Assembly (NCBI GenBank): GCA_951804945.1
Contig: OX638149.1
Coordinates: 67,332,001 to 67,396,000, forward strand
DNA from: Podarcis cretensis
Lineage: Eukaryota
DNA length: 64,000 nucleotides
Direction: 5' to 3'
Numbering within the stretch: position 1 is the stretch's first letter; every line of letters starts with the position of its first letter. The notes under the pieces were generated by a model, which did not search any database, was not told the DNA's origin, and saw nothing but the letters and a program-made list of their open reading frames with translations. This document shows, one piece after another, positions 38,872 through 51,274 of this stretch. Both the position numbers and the translations under genes were made by a program.

Positions 38872-39144
38872 TATAATAATAATTTATTATTTATACCCTG
38901 CCCATCTGGCTGGGCTTCCTCACCCACCCTGGGCGGCTTCCAACAAAATATTAAAACAAAGCAATCCATCAAACATTAAAAGCTTCCCTAAACAGGGCTG
39001 CCTTCAGATGTCTTCTAAAAGTCTGGTAATTGTTGTTTTCTTTGACATCTGGTGGGAGGGCGTTCCACAGGGCAGGTGCCACTACCGAGGAGGCCCTCTG
39101 CCTGGTGCCACAGGGCAGGTGCCACTACCGAGGAGGCCCTCTGC
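38872..39144 (-). mobile_element. L2 LINE 3' fragment with a 37-bp duplication at the truncation point
   Basis: reverse complement of the 25086 family; ataataataa tail; ccacagggcaggtgccactaccgaggaggccctctgc occurs twice. Confidence 0.85.
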
Positions 39145-40425
39145 ACTAACCATAGGACATGGCATCTTTCAGAAAAATAAGAAAAGGAAAAACAGCAATA
39201 ACCATAAAAATCATTAGGCACCACACATACAATATAAACCATGGTCATAATTACTAAGATTGTTTGTTGCATGAAATAGAATAGCAGAAGATTCTCTAGT
39301 AAAATGTGCCAAATTAAATATCCGAATCCCCCGCTATTTTATCTAGTTCTTTCCTCCTGATCTTCTTAGCTGCCAACACATAGAGTGCTACTTTATAAAT
39401 TAAAGTCATCAGTACAGTAATACCTTGGGTTACGTACTTAATTCATTCCGGAGGTCTGTTCTTAAGCTGAAACTGTTCTTAACCTGAAGCACCACTTTAG
39501 CTAATGGGGCCTCCCGCTGCTGCCGCGCTGCTGGAGCACGATTTCTGTTCTCATCCTGAAGCAAAGTTCTTAACCCGAGGTACTATTTCTGGGTTAGCGG
39601 AGTCTGTAACCTGAAGCGTATGTAACCCGAGGTACCACTGTATTGCTCAGCAGCCATTTCACCCTTTCCACCCTATTCAAGTGAGTTCCATTCGGAAACA
39701 GGGGTTTTATGAATCGGTCTCTTGGGTCTATATATAACGGGCACTGCAATAAATAGTGGCACAGGTCCTTCACACAGTGTTGCCCACACACAAAGTCTCT
39801 CTTCATAATGTACTTTGCCGTAGCGTCCATCCAACACCACCAAGGGCATTGATTGGAATCATAATTCTGTGAAAGCGATTCTAAGCATGGCAAGTGGGAG
39901 CTTTGACAGGTAACTGGCCCGGGTATGCTCCGTTTTAATAAGTGGGAACCATGGCAAACTCTTGGTAGAAGCCATCATGGTTAGATCCCTTTCAGCATCA
40001 GACCTAAAGAGACAATCTCTTAAGTGCCTCTTGTCCATGTTCATATTCACCTGCAAATCTTGTAATTGGTATTGGGACAAGCAGCGTTGGATACCGTCCT
40101 TCCAACATTTGGTCTGTTTCTGTTCTGTGTGTGATATAGTGGGGAATCTCTGCTCTGAAAGAAATTGAAGTCTTTTCACATTATTTAAGAACAGGTAATC
40201 AATTCTAGCCTGTATTGTTGTCACATCAGCTTCAACATGGAGAAGAGCAGCTGGAGTCCCGTTGGGGAGTGAGAGCACTTTCCTGAGGAATTTGTTCTGC
40301 ACTATTTCTAAGGCTTTGTTGGCATTTGGGTCCTTGCCCCATATCTCCATGAAGCATCTGGGAGACCACTTTACTGGCAAAGATTTTCAATAGCTGACCA
40401 CCGTAGAATTTCATTAATGCCCCTC
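39145..40425 (-). mobile_element. degenerate non-LTR LINE 3' part with CCHC knuckle (RTE-X-like), split by a MITE
   Basis: ORF pieces LEIVQNKFLRKVLSLPNGTP...ARID and CVKDLCHYLLQCPLY, continuing past the MITE as YKVALYVLAAKKIRRK; clade assignment tentative. Confidence 0.72.
39415..39640. mobile_element. Tc1/mariner MITE
   Basis: TA|cagtaatacctt ... gaggtaccactg|TA; subterminal taacctgaag repeats; same family as 60142-60378. Confidence 0.9.
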
Positions 40426-40654
40426 AAGCTTTCTGCACTTTGAGTTTCATAGCCTTGATATGAATGATAGTATTAATAATGATGATTAAAAAGGTATTAA
40501 AACCTGCAGAAGTTTTATGAAAAGGATAGGTCTTTAATAGATGCCAAAACAAAATCAAGGTTGGTGCATGTTGTACTTCATGGCGGAGTGAATTCCAAAC
40601 GTTGGGTACCCCAACAGAAATGAGCATATTATTGAGATTTTTATAAGGTTATCT

Positions 40655-41405
40655 CAGAAAGTGAGGAGGAATTAAAGTACCTTTTAATGAGGGTGAAAGA
40701 GGAGAGTGCAAAATATGGTCTGAAGCTCAACATCAAAAAAACGAAGATCATGGCCACTGGGCCCATCACTTCCTGGCAAATAGAAGGGGAAGAAATGGAG
40801 GCAGTGAGAGATTTTACTTTCTTGGGCTCCATGATCACTGCAGATGGTGACAGCAGTCACGAAATTAAAAGACGCCTGCTCCTTGGGAGAAAGGCAATGG
40901 CAAACCTAGACAGCATCTTAAAAAGCAGAGACCTTGCCAACAAAGGTCCGTATAGTTAAAGCCATGGTTTTCCCAGTAATGATGTATGGAAGTGAGAGCT
41001 GGACCATAAAGAAGGCTGATCGCCAAAGAATTGATGCTTTTGAATTATGGTGCTGGAGGAGACTCTTGAGAGTCCCATGGACTGCAAGAAGATCAAACGC
41101 ATCCATTCTTAAGGACATTAGCCCTGGGTGCTCACTGGAAGGACAGATCATGAAGCTGAGGCTCCAATACTTTGGCCACCTCATGAGAAGAGAAGACTCC
41201 CTGGAAAAGACCCTGATGTTGGGAAAGATGGAGGGCACAAGGAGAAGGGGACGACAGAGGACAAGATGGCTGGACAGTGTTCTTGAAGCTACAAACATGA
41301 ATCTGACCAAACTGCGGGAGACAGTGGAAGACAGAAGTGCCTGGCGTGCTCTGGTCCATGGGGTCACGAAGAGTCAGACACGACTAAACGACTAAACAAC
41401 AACAA
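40655..41405 (+). mobile_element. BovB (RTE clade) LINE, 5'-truncated
   Basis: MRVKEESAKYGLKLNIKKTKIMA...; YGSESWTIKKADRQRIDAFELWCWRRLLRVPWTARRSN...; one frameshift near 40930; (CAA)n tail; 12-bp TSD ataaggttatct / ataagcttatct. Confidence 0.95.
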
Positions 41406-44400
41406 ATAAGCTTATCTGGGATTGTTAGTGTACATGTGTACTGATTTGCAGTGTACCATCTTCACAATGAAACCCTTAAGGACTCCTGCCAAGAGGATAT
41501 ATTATTTCTCTTACTGCAGGTGGTGGTTTTGAGGAACCTGTAGCTCTCCAGGTGTTGTTGAGCTACAACTCGTATCCACTGGTGATGTTCGCAGGGGTTG
41601 ATTGGTGTTGGAGTCCAACAACATTTGCAGGGCTATGGCTTCCCCACCCCTATATAGAAGAAGTTCTAAATAATTAATAAACAGCGATCTTATTAGAATA
41701 TATCATCATAACTGTCTTGATGCCACTGCTGTTTAGATACATGCTTTAAGTCAAGATCTTGAAGTTCTTGAATCTACCAACCTTACACCCCTTTACCCCA
41801 TATATGTTCTGTTTCCCACAGTTGTACTAACCTTGGAGATTATTCTTCTCCATGCCTGGCCTGGCACTGAACATGTTCATGTCCTTCTCTATTTATCATA
41901 TTATATTGTTTGGAAGTAGTATGACAGCAACTCTTAATGTATGGTATAATTGTGCCTCTCTCTTTTGTTTTGTTTTTTGGTAAAAAGCAATATTATGCTT
42001 TGTCTTGATCATTCTATCTCTTAAATAGGAAGATCTTAATCCTAATTCCCAAATAGTCTTATTAGTTAGTTGCATTTTCTTTACATTCTGTGGAACCCAG
42101 ACGGTCACTTTAGACTGTTCTCAGATCACTGTGTTTATTCAGGGACCTATTCATAAACTAGGAGGACTGCCAGCATTCAGACAGCAGCACTTATCCCCCT
42201 TTACCTTTATATAACTGCTATTTCACATAGGAATAAGTGTTCATAAAAATATAAGCCTTGAATATTATATCTATTATTTAAATATAATATGTTTGTACTG
42301 CTTTGCTAAGGAACCATGTCCAAAGAGTCTTATAACAACAGACAATACAAACAATCTAAAATAAAACAATAAAATAAAGAGTTAAAGATGCCTGAAGCCA
42401 ATGCCCAGAGGCAATACTTGTACATTTTTGCTGCTGAAAATTGGTGTGGCTTCATCTGAATGATAGTGAACAAGGTATGGTTGGCTCAGCTAGCAAGGGA
42501 TATTCAAACTAACTGGCTGTGCTATATACTGTTTAAACGTAGACAGTTCTACTTATGCATGCTGAGCAGCACTTTTCCTGTGTAAGTTAGATATATAAAA
42601 ATGACATTTAATTGCAAAAAAATGATTTTTGTTATTAATCTTGCAACCAAGGTAGGAAGCTCTGTCAGGTAAAAAGATCCTTTTGAGCGTGTGCATGTGT
42701 GTGTGCATTTATTCATGGGAAGATGATTCCGTGAGATATGCTGAAGGAAGTGCTATGGATTTAAACATTATTTTTTTAATGGATTCTTGTTCTTTCAGAA
42801 CCTTTTGTTCTTTCTGCTGGTGCATTTTCCACTTCAAGAATACAGATGCATTCATTTAAACAAACAGATCATATGGAAACTCTAGGGATGAGCAGTCTGC
42901 CAGGGATTCAGGGAAAGTAGGGTGTCCTGCCAGTTGCATCTTGCCTTCCTTTTTGCTTTGGTAGTGGGATTTTAACAAGTGTCTCGGGAGACCCCTCCAG
43001 CAAACTGCTCCAAGAAACCACTGTATGTACATCCTCCTGAGTAAAGTAACCTTGTCTCATCATTAGCTCCTTTTGAGATTCCGTTGCTATGAATATTTTA
43101 CATTAAATGAGGTTAGTACATGTTAAACTGCCAGGGTAACATCTCATTTTGATGTCGGGAGCCACTGTTTAACCAGTCATTAATGCTTGAATAGCCTAAT
43201 TTTCTTTTGGGGTGGTGCCAGCAGTTTGTTAGAGTAAAGTTTATTGCTAGTAGAGCGGAAGTAAATCAGCAGCCCACCATTAAACATTTATATTGTCTTA
43301 CACAAGCTTTTGTAATGGGCAGATGATGAGGAGGAGGTGTTGGTGTTGGTGGTAGAGGTGGATTGAATGTGTGTTCTGTGCAGCTTTGAAAAATGCACAC
43401 CCTGCAAAAGGACTGGAAACTAACTGAATGGTAGGACTGCTGGAAGTGCTGCCTGTGGAATTCAATTTCGCCCACCTTGATTAAAAGACGTCGCCCTTGC
43501 TATGCTATCAGCAAGGTTTTCTAACTTTCAGAGCAGATTTACAAACACTAATTAATTGAAAGCTTCATGAATAAGTCATGCCATATGCCATTTTACACAT
43601 GTTGGTAATCTTGGTTCTAGAGTCCTGCTTCTCAGTGGTACAAAGCAAATCATTATTAGCGCTTGTTGAAATAACAGAGAGCTTTTGAAAACTGAACATA
43701 AGAGGTTTATACTTTGTGTGGTATGGAGAGCCGAATCCCAAGGATCTTCTTGTTCCTATTTATGGTTAAGCTAAGAGAACATCCACATCTGCAGTCTTTT
43801 TTTATTCATGATGTGTTGCAGTGGGATTTGGAAAGGAAACCTGAGGGTGTATTATATGTTTAATGCATGGCACATACACTGTAGGCATATTTTTTATGAA
43901 GTATTATTAAGCAGAACCTAGTGGTTTAAACTGTAGTTCAAAGCATATATGGGTGAGTTAACAAATTTCCGCTGTTCTCACTATAATTTGCTTGTGTACA
44001 AAATGTTCTTTTATTCCTTGCCTTAGCTAGGAAGAATGGATGTCTCTTAATAAATGTTCTTCCCTGAAGTGTATTTAGGAATAATGCTCAGATGCAGTGA
44101 ATCTTAGCTTTTCAGTTGCGTTTTTCAACCAAACCAACTAAAATAACATGCCATAATGCTTACCCAGCAATAAAAAGCTTAGAAGCTGGTCACTTTCATG
44201 CCCCTCTCCCCAAAGATTAGAGCATATCTTCATTAAGTAAAATAAAAATAAATTTTCTTAATTTTTTTTTAAAAACAGAATGTTCATTGATTTAAAGGAG
44301 CTATTTCCCATCAAGTCAGTGATCCATCAGAACTCTTCTGAAGAGCAACTTCAGAAGGATTTTTTTTATTTTGTTTCAATAACAGAATAGTTCTTTTTAA

Positions 44401-47400
44401 GGCTATGTAATAGAAATTTCACATATGTGCTTAATTGTCTTTTACATACACAAAAAGCTTTCAAGTTGAAATTTCCTTCCAAACTATTCTGTGATTCCAT
44501 GATTTTCCTTCAGGGGTTTTTACCTAATGCTGTCCTTCAGCTACCAGAAGGCTCTTTGACCCCATGGTGTGACAGAGCGAGATGCTATTTTCCTCAAATT
44601 ACACCCCACCCTGGAGCGCTCTGTGCCACCTCCCATGCTATTCCAAAGGGACTCTCAGCACTTTGGGGTTGATTTCGGAGGGAGAAGCAGGGGTGGCAGC
44701 GTGTGAATATGTAAAAAAAACCCTTCCTTCCCCATGTTGCTAATGGAAGTTTCCTCTGGATTAAGGAGCCATCCATCAATAGAGGGACCCCACTCGATAC
44801 CACACTTAATTTTTAATATTTTTCGTAAGCTGAGTGAGCCACATATAAAATAATAAGTTATGACTTGAGGTATCAAAGAAAACAAACTTGAGTCCATAGC
44901 TCATAATGACCTCTGAATTAATGATATGTGTTATAAATTCAGCAGTCTTTGCTGCTAAACCTTACCTGTCTATAAGCATGATCATGCATCATAAGTTTTA
45001 TTTTAAAATGTTGCCATTTCATCACATGCTACAAACAAAAAAATATATATATACTCAGGCGGACAGGGCGGGCTGTATGTTAGTGATAGTCTTAGAGTTA
45101 CTGAAATAATGGACACAACTAACTTAGATCCATTCACTTCAAAGAGTCTACTGTAAAACTTGGTTGGATACAACCCATATTCATTAATTAAATAGACAAT
45201 GGCAGGTTGATTATTTAGATGTTATTTTTTAGCATCCATCTGTTTTAAGAGACAATGGACTGCACCACTGAGGGTCTTGTGCAACACTCCCAAACTTTTT
45301 GAGCTAATGAAAGTGACAGGAAAATGCACTGGGCAGAGTGCAATAGCATTTGCTTGACACAATGTCTTTTATTTCTTTGCAAACAAATCAGAACAAATAC
45401 TTAATAAATAGGTGGTGTCCTCTGATCTCCATGCAAACAAATCTGGATGAATACTCAATAAAGGGTTGTCTGAAAGTAACCTGTACCACAATTTCTTTTG
45501 AAAGAATTTTTTTTTTTAAGTGAGGCCCACTGTCAATCTTGGAGTATATTTTCAGGAAGAATCACAAGAAACACACACAGTGCAAACACATTTTCTCTAC
45601 TTTATTTTTAACCTTATAACAATGCCTAATTTGATAACAATATGTAAATTAGAGGGTGTTTAAAAAAAATATGCTCAGCAGGTGCTACTGACAGAGTTTG
45701 CTCTTATCCTAAGTTCATAGACAAATAGATCAAAACAAAAGGAATGAAGGATTGCCAGTTTAAAGATGTTTGGGGAAGAAGACTCCAGGAAAACAAAGGT
45801 TTAGTAGCTGATGGATTAACCTAGCTGATTAAATAGACTCTTTTTAATTGTGGCCTCTAGATAAACACACACAAATACACACATGCTCTTAATTGTTTAA
45901 ATGTGCCATTGTTAAATTTGGGAACCTGTTTTTCAGGGCTGGAAAGCCGAAATATTTTCATCAGGCTGTGTGCAGCAAAAGAGATTTTGCTGTATTAATT
46001 CATTCCTGAAGTGCTATTTCCAGCATTCATCTCTCTGTGTGTATACATACCTAACTTGCTGCAGTGATACACCCTGTTGTGTTGCTTAAATATTTAATAG
46101 AACTTCATATTATAGAACCCAAAATGATGAATAATTTACAGAACTATTTATATTAGTAATTAAGTGATATGGTTTCTGCGTTTTGAACCATAAAAGTAAT
46201 CATTGCAGTTAACAGCAGATAGTAAATGGCACTGATTGCACTTCTGGTTTGGAATTCTCATTAGTCAGTTAAATCACCAAGTTCACCCTCCATGTTTAAA
46301 ACTGTGCTATCAATCAGTCAAATTCATTTTCTAAAAAGCATCGGTCGCCACAAAAATACAGACATAATCTAGCTGAGATATACATTTTAGAATAGGTTAT
46401 TTCCCAGAATATTGGACTCTATTTTTTGAATTAAGTTTTTGACTGTTGGGCTGTAGAGCAAACACGGAAACCCTTTATGTCATCTAGTTATCCCTATCAA
46501 ATAGTAAGTAACAGATTTTCTCCCTACTGTTGAAAAAAAACTGGCTGAAGAATTTCAAAACCCTTTCCCTTGGGAAATTATAGAAGAACAATATAATTCA
46601 ATAGTAAACAATATCTTCCACTTCTCCCTGGCCACAGATACATAAATGACAATTTACAGGTATTTCAGTGCATCTCTCCTCTAAATGTGCTGTAGGAATA
46701 GCATCTCAAAGCATAAATCCTCAGTTCGTGAGCAGATAATTAGAAAAATGTAATCTGGCACACAGTGTTTTGATTCAACAGAATAATAAAAAAGTGAAAA
46801 CAGCATTGTTAAAAGGGAACATCTACTTAACAAAAGGCCCTGCTCTTTAACTTTTTTATTTTTTAAAAAAATTGCTTTGTTGCTATATGAGTAATCACAC
46901 TAAGGACATCAGGAATCAGTCCATACTTAACTATAACAGCTGATCTGCTCAGATCAACTGTAGGTTAAAAAAAACAAACCCTGAAACACCATCAGCAGTA
47001 TTGAGGCAAGAAAGTGTATGGAAGGTAAGAAATCAGAATCTTCTGATTTAAAAGGAGAAACAGATGTGAAGGTTATGAGAAGAGATTCAAGTCAAGGGAA
47101 GTTTTGTAAGGAGGAGGTGTTAGTAGGATAAAATCATGTGCTCAGATATTGCAAGAAATGCATGTAGTACTGTTGTTTTGTTGTAGCTTTACTTTTAAGT
47201 TTCATTAAATAAATAAACAAACAGTTCCTGTGCAAGTATTGAGTAGTAGATTGAGATGTTTGCACATCCCTGCAGGGTCTCTACACCACTCAGCTTCAAT
47301 AGTCTCTCTCTGACTCTGGTAAGTACCCTAAAACTATGCTTTACTGCTCCTTCATTTAGTGTCTGAATTAGTCTCCTACAGAGAGCTTTCTTCCTGACAC

Positions 47401-47726
47401 TTACCTCTGTTTACTAGCATATGTGACAGCTTTTGCTGCCCTAGTCCCGCCTACCTGGCCCTAATTCTTCCTTGTTGCCCATCCCATATGCTGTTTTGCT
47501 TCTTAACCTGTATAACCATCTCACAAGATTCCGTGAACCAGATCCTATGAGTTACTCTTCACCTGGGCTTGCAGTCCTTTCCCTGGCAGTAGAATACACG
47601 TTTTCTATTTAATTCATACCTACAAACCAGATATCTGCTGCTCTACTCCTCATGTTGTTCTTTGCTTGTAAAAATGTAGCAAAATCAGAGATGGAGATGG
47701 CATGGGGCAAGGGAAGTGAAGAAGTA

Positions 47727-47865
47727 CAGTGGTACCTTGGTAGTCAAACAGCTTGGCTCCTGAACAAATAGGCTCCCAAACGCCACCAACTCACTAGTGA
47801 GTGTTCCGGTTTGCAAACGTTTTTCAGAAACCCAACGTCCGACGTGGCTTCCAATTGAGTGCAGT
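47727..47865. mobile_element. truncated Tc1/mariner MITE
   Basis: TA|cagtggtacctt left TIR; right TIR not found. Confidence 0.6.
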
Positions 47866-50505
47866 CAGTATTAGCTTGAAAGAGAAGGCCCAAGAGCATC
47901 TGACACCTCACAAGGATTCTGTGATCAGCTTCCACCTTTCAGAAATATCAGGATCCCAGTGCCATCTTTCTTTATATTAGCGTTATCCCAAGCTGGTAAA
48001 TCAGTTCTTTACGGGGAAATTTTGGCACCTAAGGCAGACTCCCAGGGACACCTCCCTCCCCACCAGGGAAGAAGTGAGGGACAAGGGCAGGGGGAGAAAG
48101 ATCAACATTGGGAGGTGCTGCCCCTGTGGATCCTCCCGTCTGCCACACCTCATGGGTGGGTCAGCGCTGGTTCTCTAGTTTTGGAAAATACAATGCTTGC
48201 AGTCAAGTCTTGGAGCATATTTGCTGTGTCTGTACTGTGTTTTTGAAATGCCCCCGAAGAGTTTAACTATAGCATATAGATGTTTGTTACCACTCAAGCA
48301 TCTTTTCATTAGAAGTAGCTGATTACAAGTCAAAGTTAGAGGATATTTCTGTGTGGCTGAGATTCATAAACATTTAAGTGCACTTAGAATTGTTGCTATA
48401 GCGATAGGAATGATATAGTGCTTTTAAGTCATGCCCCCCCCCCCCCATCATGCTTCAAGACCTAATAGCTCTCAGCTGAATTCAGCATTAGCTGCTACAT
48501 AAATTCAACTAGTAACACAATCAGCTATGGGCAAAATAAAGAAGAGAGAAGCCCTTTCCACAAGGCTACCAGTTTGCAGGCACTAGAATGCAGAGTATAT
48601 AGTGATGATTTTATGTCATCTTCTCTGACTTCTGGTTGGTTTCTCAGCACAACTTAGATTGCTGGTTTTGTTCTTTATAGCCCTAAATAGTCAGTGTGGA
48701 GAATACATTAAGAGATGCCTTCTTTCATACAAACTCACCTATACATTTAGAACTTCTTAGGGGACTCTGCTTATTCCCAGATAAGGTGGCATGTTTGGAC
48801 AAGGCTTTCTCATAACTGGAACTGTGTCTGCAGGGATTTTTGCTTTTTTCATATTGCTGGCCTTTACACATCAGGCAAAAGCAGTTTTATTCCAGAGAGC
48901 TTTTGAAAGTATTTGGCTAACTTTCCTTAGTTGGTTAAATTATGTGTGCTTTTTTCTTGTTTAAATTTATGCTGATTGATTGTGTATTATGAATATTTGG
49001 GTGTTTGGTTAGTTATGTGGGTGATTTTTTATTGAAAGGTGGGAGAGAAGATTCTTAATAAATAAGTTACCACTGGTCAGGAGCATGCTTAACGATTTTG
49101 TTTCTCTGCCTGATAGTGAACATCCCTTCAGAGCTAATATTAATCTTTAGTCTCAAAGATTGTAATAATTTATGCATATCAAAAATATTGGGAGAAAGCA
49201 GCGAGTCTCCTCTTTTAATGCAGTGATCAGCTGATGCTGATGTCATGAAGTTGAAAATTGGCTCACCTTGAACTTGACTAGAGTTCAGTTTACCTCCTGT
49301 GGTGAGCATAATCTCAGAATGATAGGCAAAACGTATGTCCCCCTCCAGGGAGAAAAGAGGACATAAAAAGCACTTGAGAATTGGTCATCCATTTCATGCC
49401 ATGTAGATCTCCATCTCTACAACACAATATAGGAAATGTATATGCATATTGATAGATTCCCATATTTTGCTCTGTGCATATTTACAGTTTTATGTTGCTT
49501 TGAAAAACATATGCTTGAAATGCTACCCTTTTGACATTCTGCATCTTTTCTGTATTTCCAAGGAACTGCAGCATAAAGCATAGCCCTGTCTATAAACACT
49601 GATTTCTCAATATAAGGTTGTTTCCAATTAAGGTTTATTCAGAGTAGCCCCATTGAGTTGGTCATGACAATTTTGATGGATCTACTGTAAGTAAATACAA
49701 CCCATACCTTTGATATGTGTTAGTGTTTGGGACTGGTCTAAAAGCAATTGTTTAAGTTGCTTTCCCTTTTTGAATTCTTCATTGTTATCTGAACTGGCTG
49801 AACCAGAAGACTTTGAATTTAATTTGCTGCTTCCTTCCTTCCAAACTTGACAAGGAACAAAAAGTTATGCGAGTGTAAGAATCCACTTTAATGCCAAATC
49901 AAGTGCTGAGTTTGTTCATGCTCTCAAAATTACATGCGCTGTATGTCAGAATAACTTTAGACCTTCTCAATGATAATTGCAGCTGATTCTGACCGCGCAC
50001 ATTCTGGAATATAAACCTGATGCTTTGTTGGTTTTTGAAACCAGAGTACTTGAAGTTAGATTTATTTTGACAAGGATACAGAGTATTCCAGATGACAGTA
50101 GCAGTGAAGTTGTATCTTCTGCCTCCCTTGGTTTATAAGCATACAAAAGTTGCTTAAGAATGTTTCTGAAAGCATTCTTTCCCATTTAACATAGAGCTCC
50201 TGAAAGCAAGAATTGTTGGAATTACTGCTGGTTAGAACTGATTGTAATATAAACAGGCACTGCTTAAGAATTTCCATATTCATTCAGTTTGATATTCAAT
50301 TGAGCCAAATATTTGATGCACCAGGATGACAGTTCATTTATACAGTGCATGTTAACCTTATGGGGTGTGTGGGGAGGGATTAACCTGCCAGACATTCCAG
50401 TTTGAATTTTTACTATTATAAAACTTCTTGTGTTAAAGAAATATTGGCTATACAGCTCATCTGTACAGGCTGTAGCTATGTTGGATTACAATGCTTGCTT
50501 TAGAG

Positions 50506-50638
50506 CAGGTGTGGGGAATATTTATCCCTCCAGATGTTGCTGAACCACAACTCCCATCAGTCCCAGCACATGGCCAGTGATGATGGGACCTGTAGTTCAG
50601 AAACATCTGGAGGGATAAATATATAGTTCCCACACCTG
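50506..50638. mobile_element. palindromic hAT MITE
   Basis: caggtgtgggga / ttcccacacctg; internal ccctccagatgtt / aacatctggaggg; TSD ctttagag / cattagag. Confidence 0.85.
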
Positions 50639-50655
50639 CATTAGAGGCTGTAGAT

Positions 50656-50790
50656 CAGGATTCCTCAAACTCGCCCCTCCAGATATTTTTGGCCTACAAC
50701 TCCCATGATCCCTAGCTAGCAGGACCAGTGGTCAGGGGTGATGGGAATTGTAGTTTCATAACATCTGGAGGCCGAGTTTGAGGAAGCCTG
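50656..50790. mobile_element. palindromic hAT MITE (related family)
   Basis: caggattcctcaaactc / gagtttgaggaagcctg; degenerate TSD ctgtagat / ctgtggag. Confidence 0.85.
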
Positions 50791-50847
50791 CTGTGGAGAG
50801 TCCCTTCCCATGTATTAATGCAGGTTTCTATGGGACTTTTTGCTCAT

Positions 50848-51274
50848 TTATGAGCACAGTTCAAAGTGTTGCTGCTGACCTTTAAAGCCGTAAAAGGCCT
50901 CAGCCTTGTATACCTGAAGGAGCATCTCCACCCCCATCATTCAGCCTGGACACTGAGATCCAGCACCGAGGGCCTTCTGGCTGTTACTTCACTGAGGGAA
51001 GTGAAGCTACAGGGGCCAGGAAGAAAGACTTCTCGGTAGTGGCACCTACTCTGTTGAAAGCCCTCCCGTCAGATGTCAAGGAGATGATTAATTATATAAC
51101 CTTTAGAAGACATCTGAAGGCAGCCTTGTATAGGGAAGCTTTTTAAGGTTTTATGTTTAGTTATGTTTTTATATATGTTGGAAGCCGCCCAGAGTGGCTG
51201 GGCAACCCAGTCTGGTGGGCGGAGTACAAATATGATGATGATGATGATGATGATGATGATCATCATCATCATCA
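50848..51274 (+). mobile_element. L2 LINE 3' fragment
   Basis: QFKVLLLTFKAVKGL..YLKEHL...RSS..LLAV; same 3' UTR as 25086; tail is (GAT)n(CAT)n. Confidence 0.85.

Noticed and set aside
40655-41405. BovB ORFs as a host gene or as ruminant contamination
   Set aside because: Truncated, frameshifted, flanked by a TSD and embedded in squamate-type repeats; BovB is native to squamate genomes
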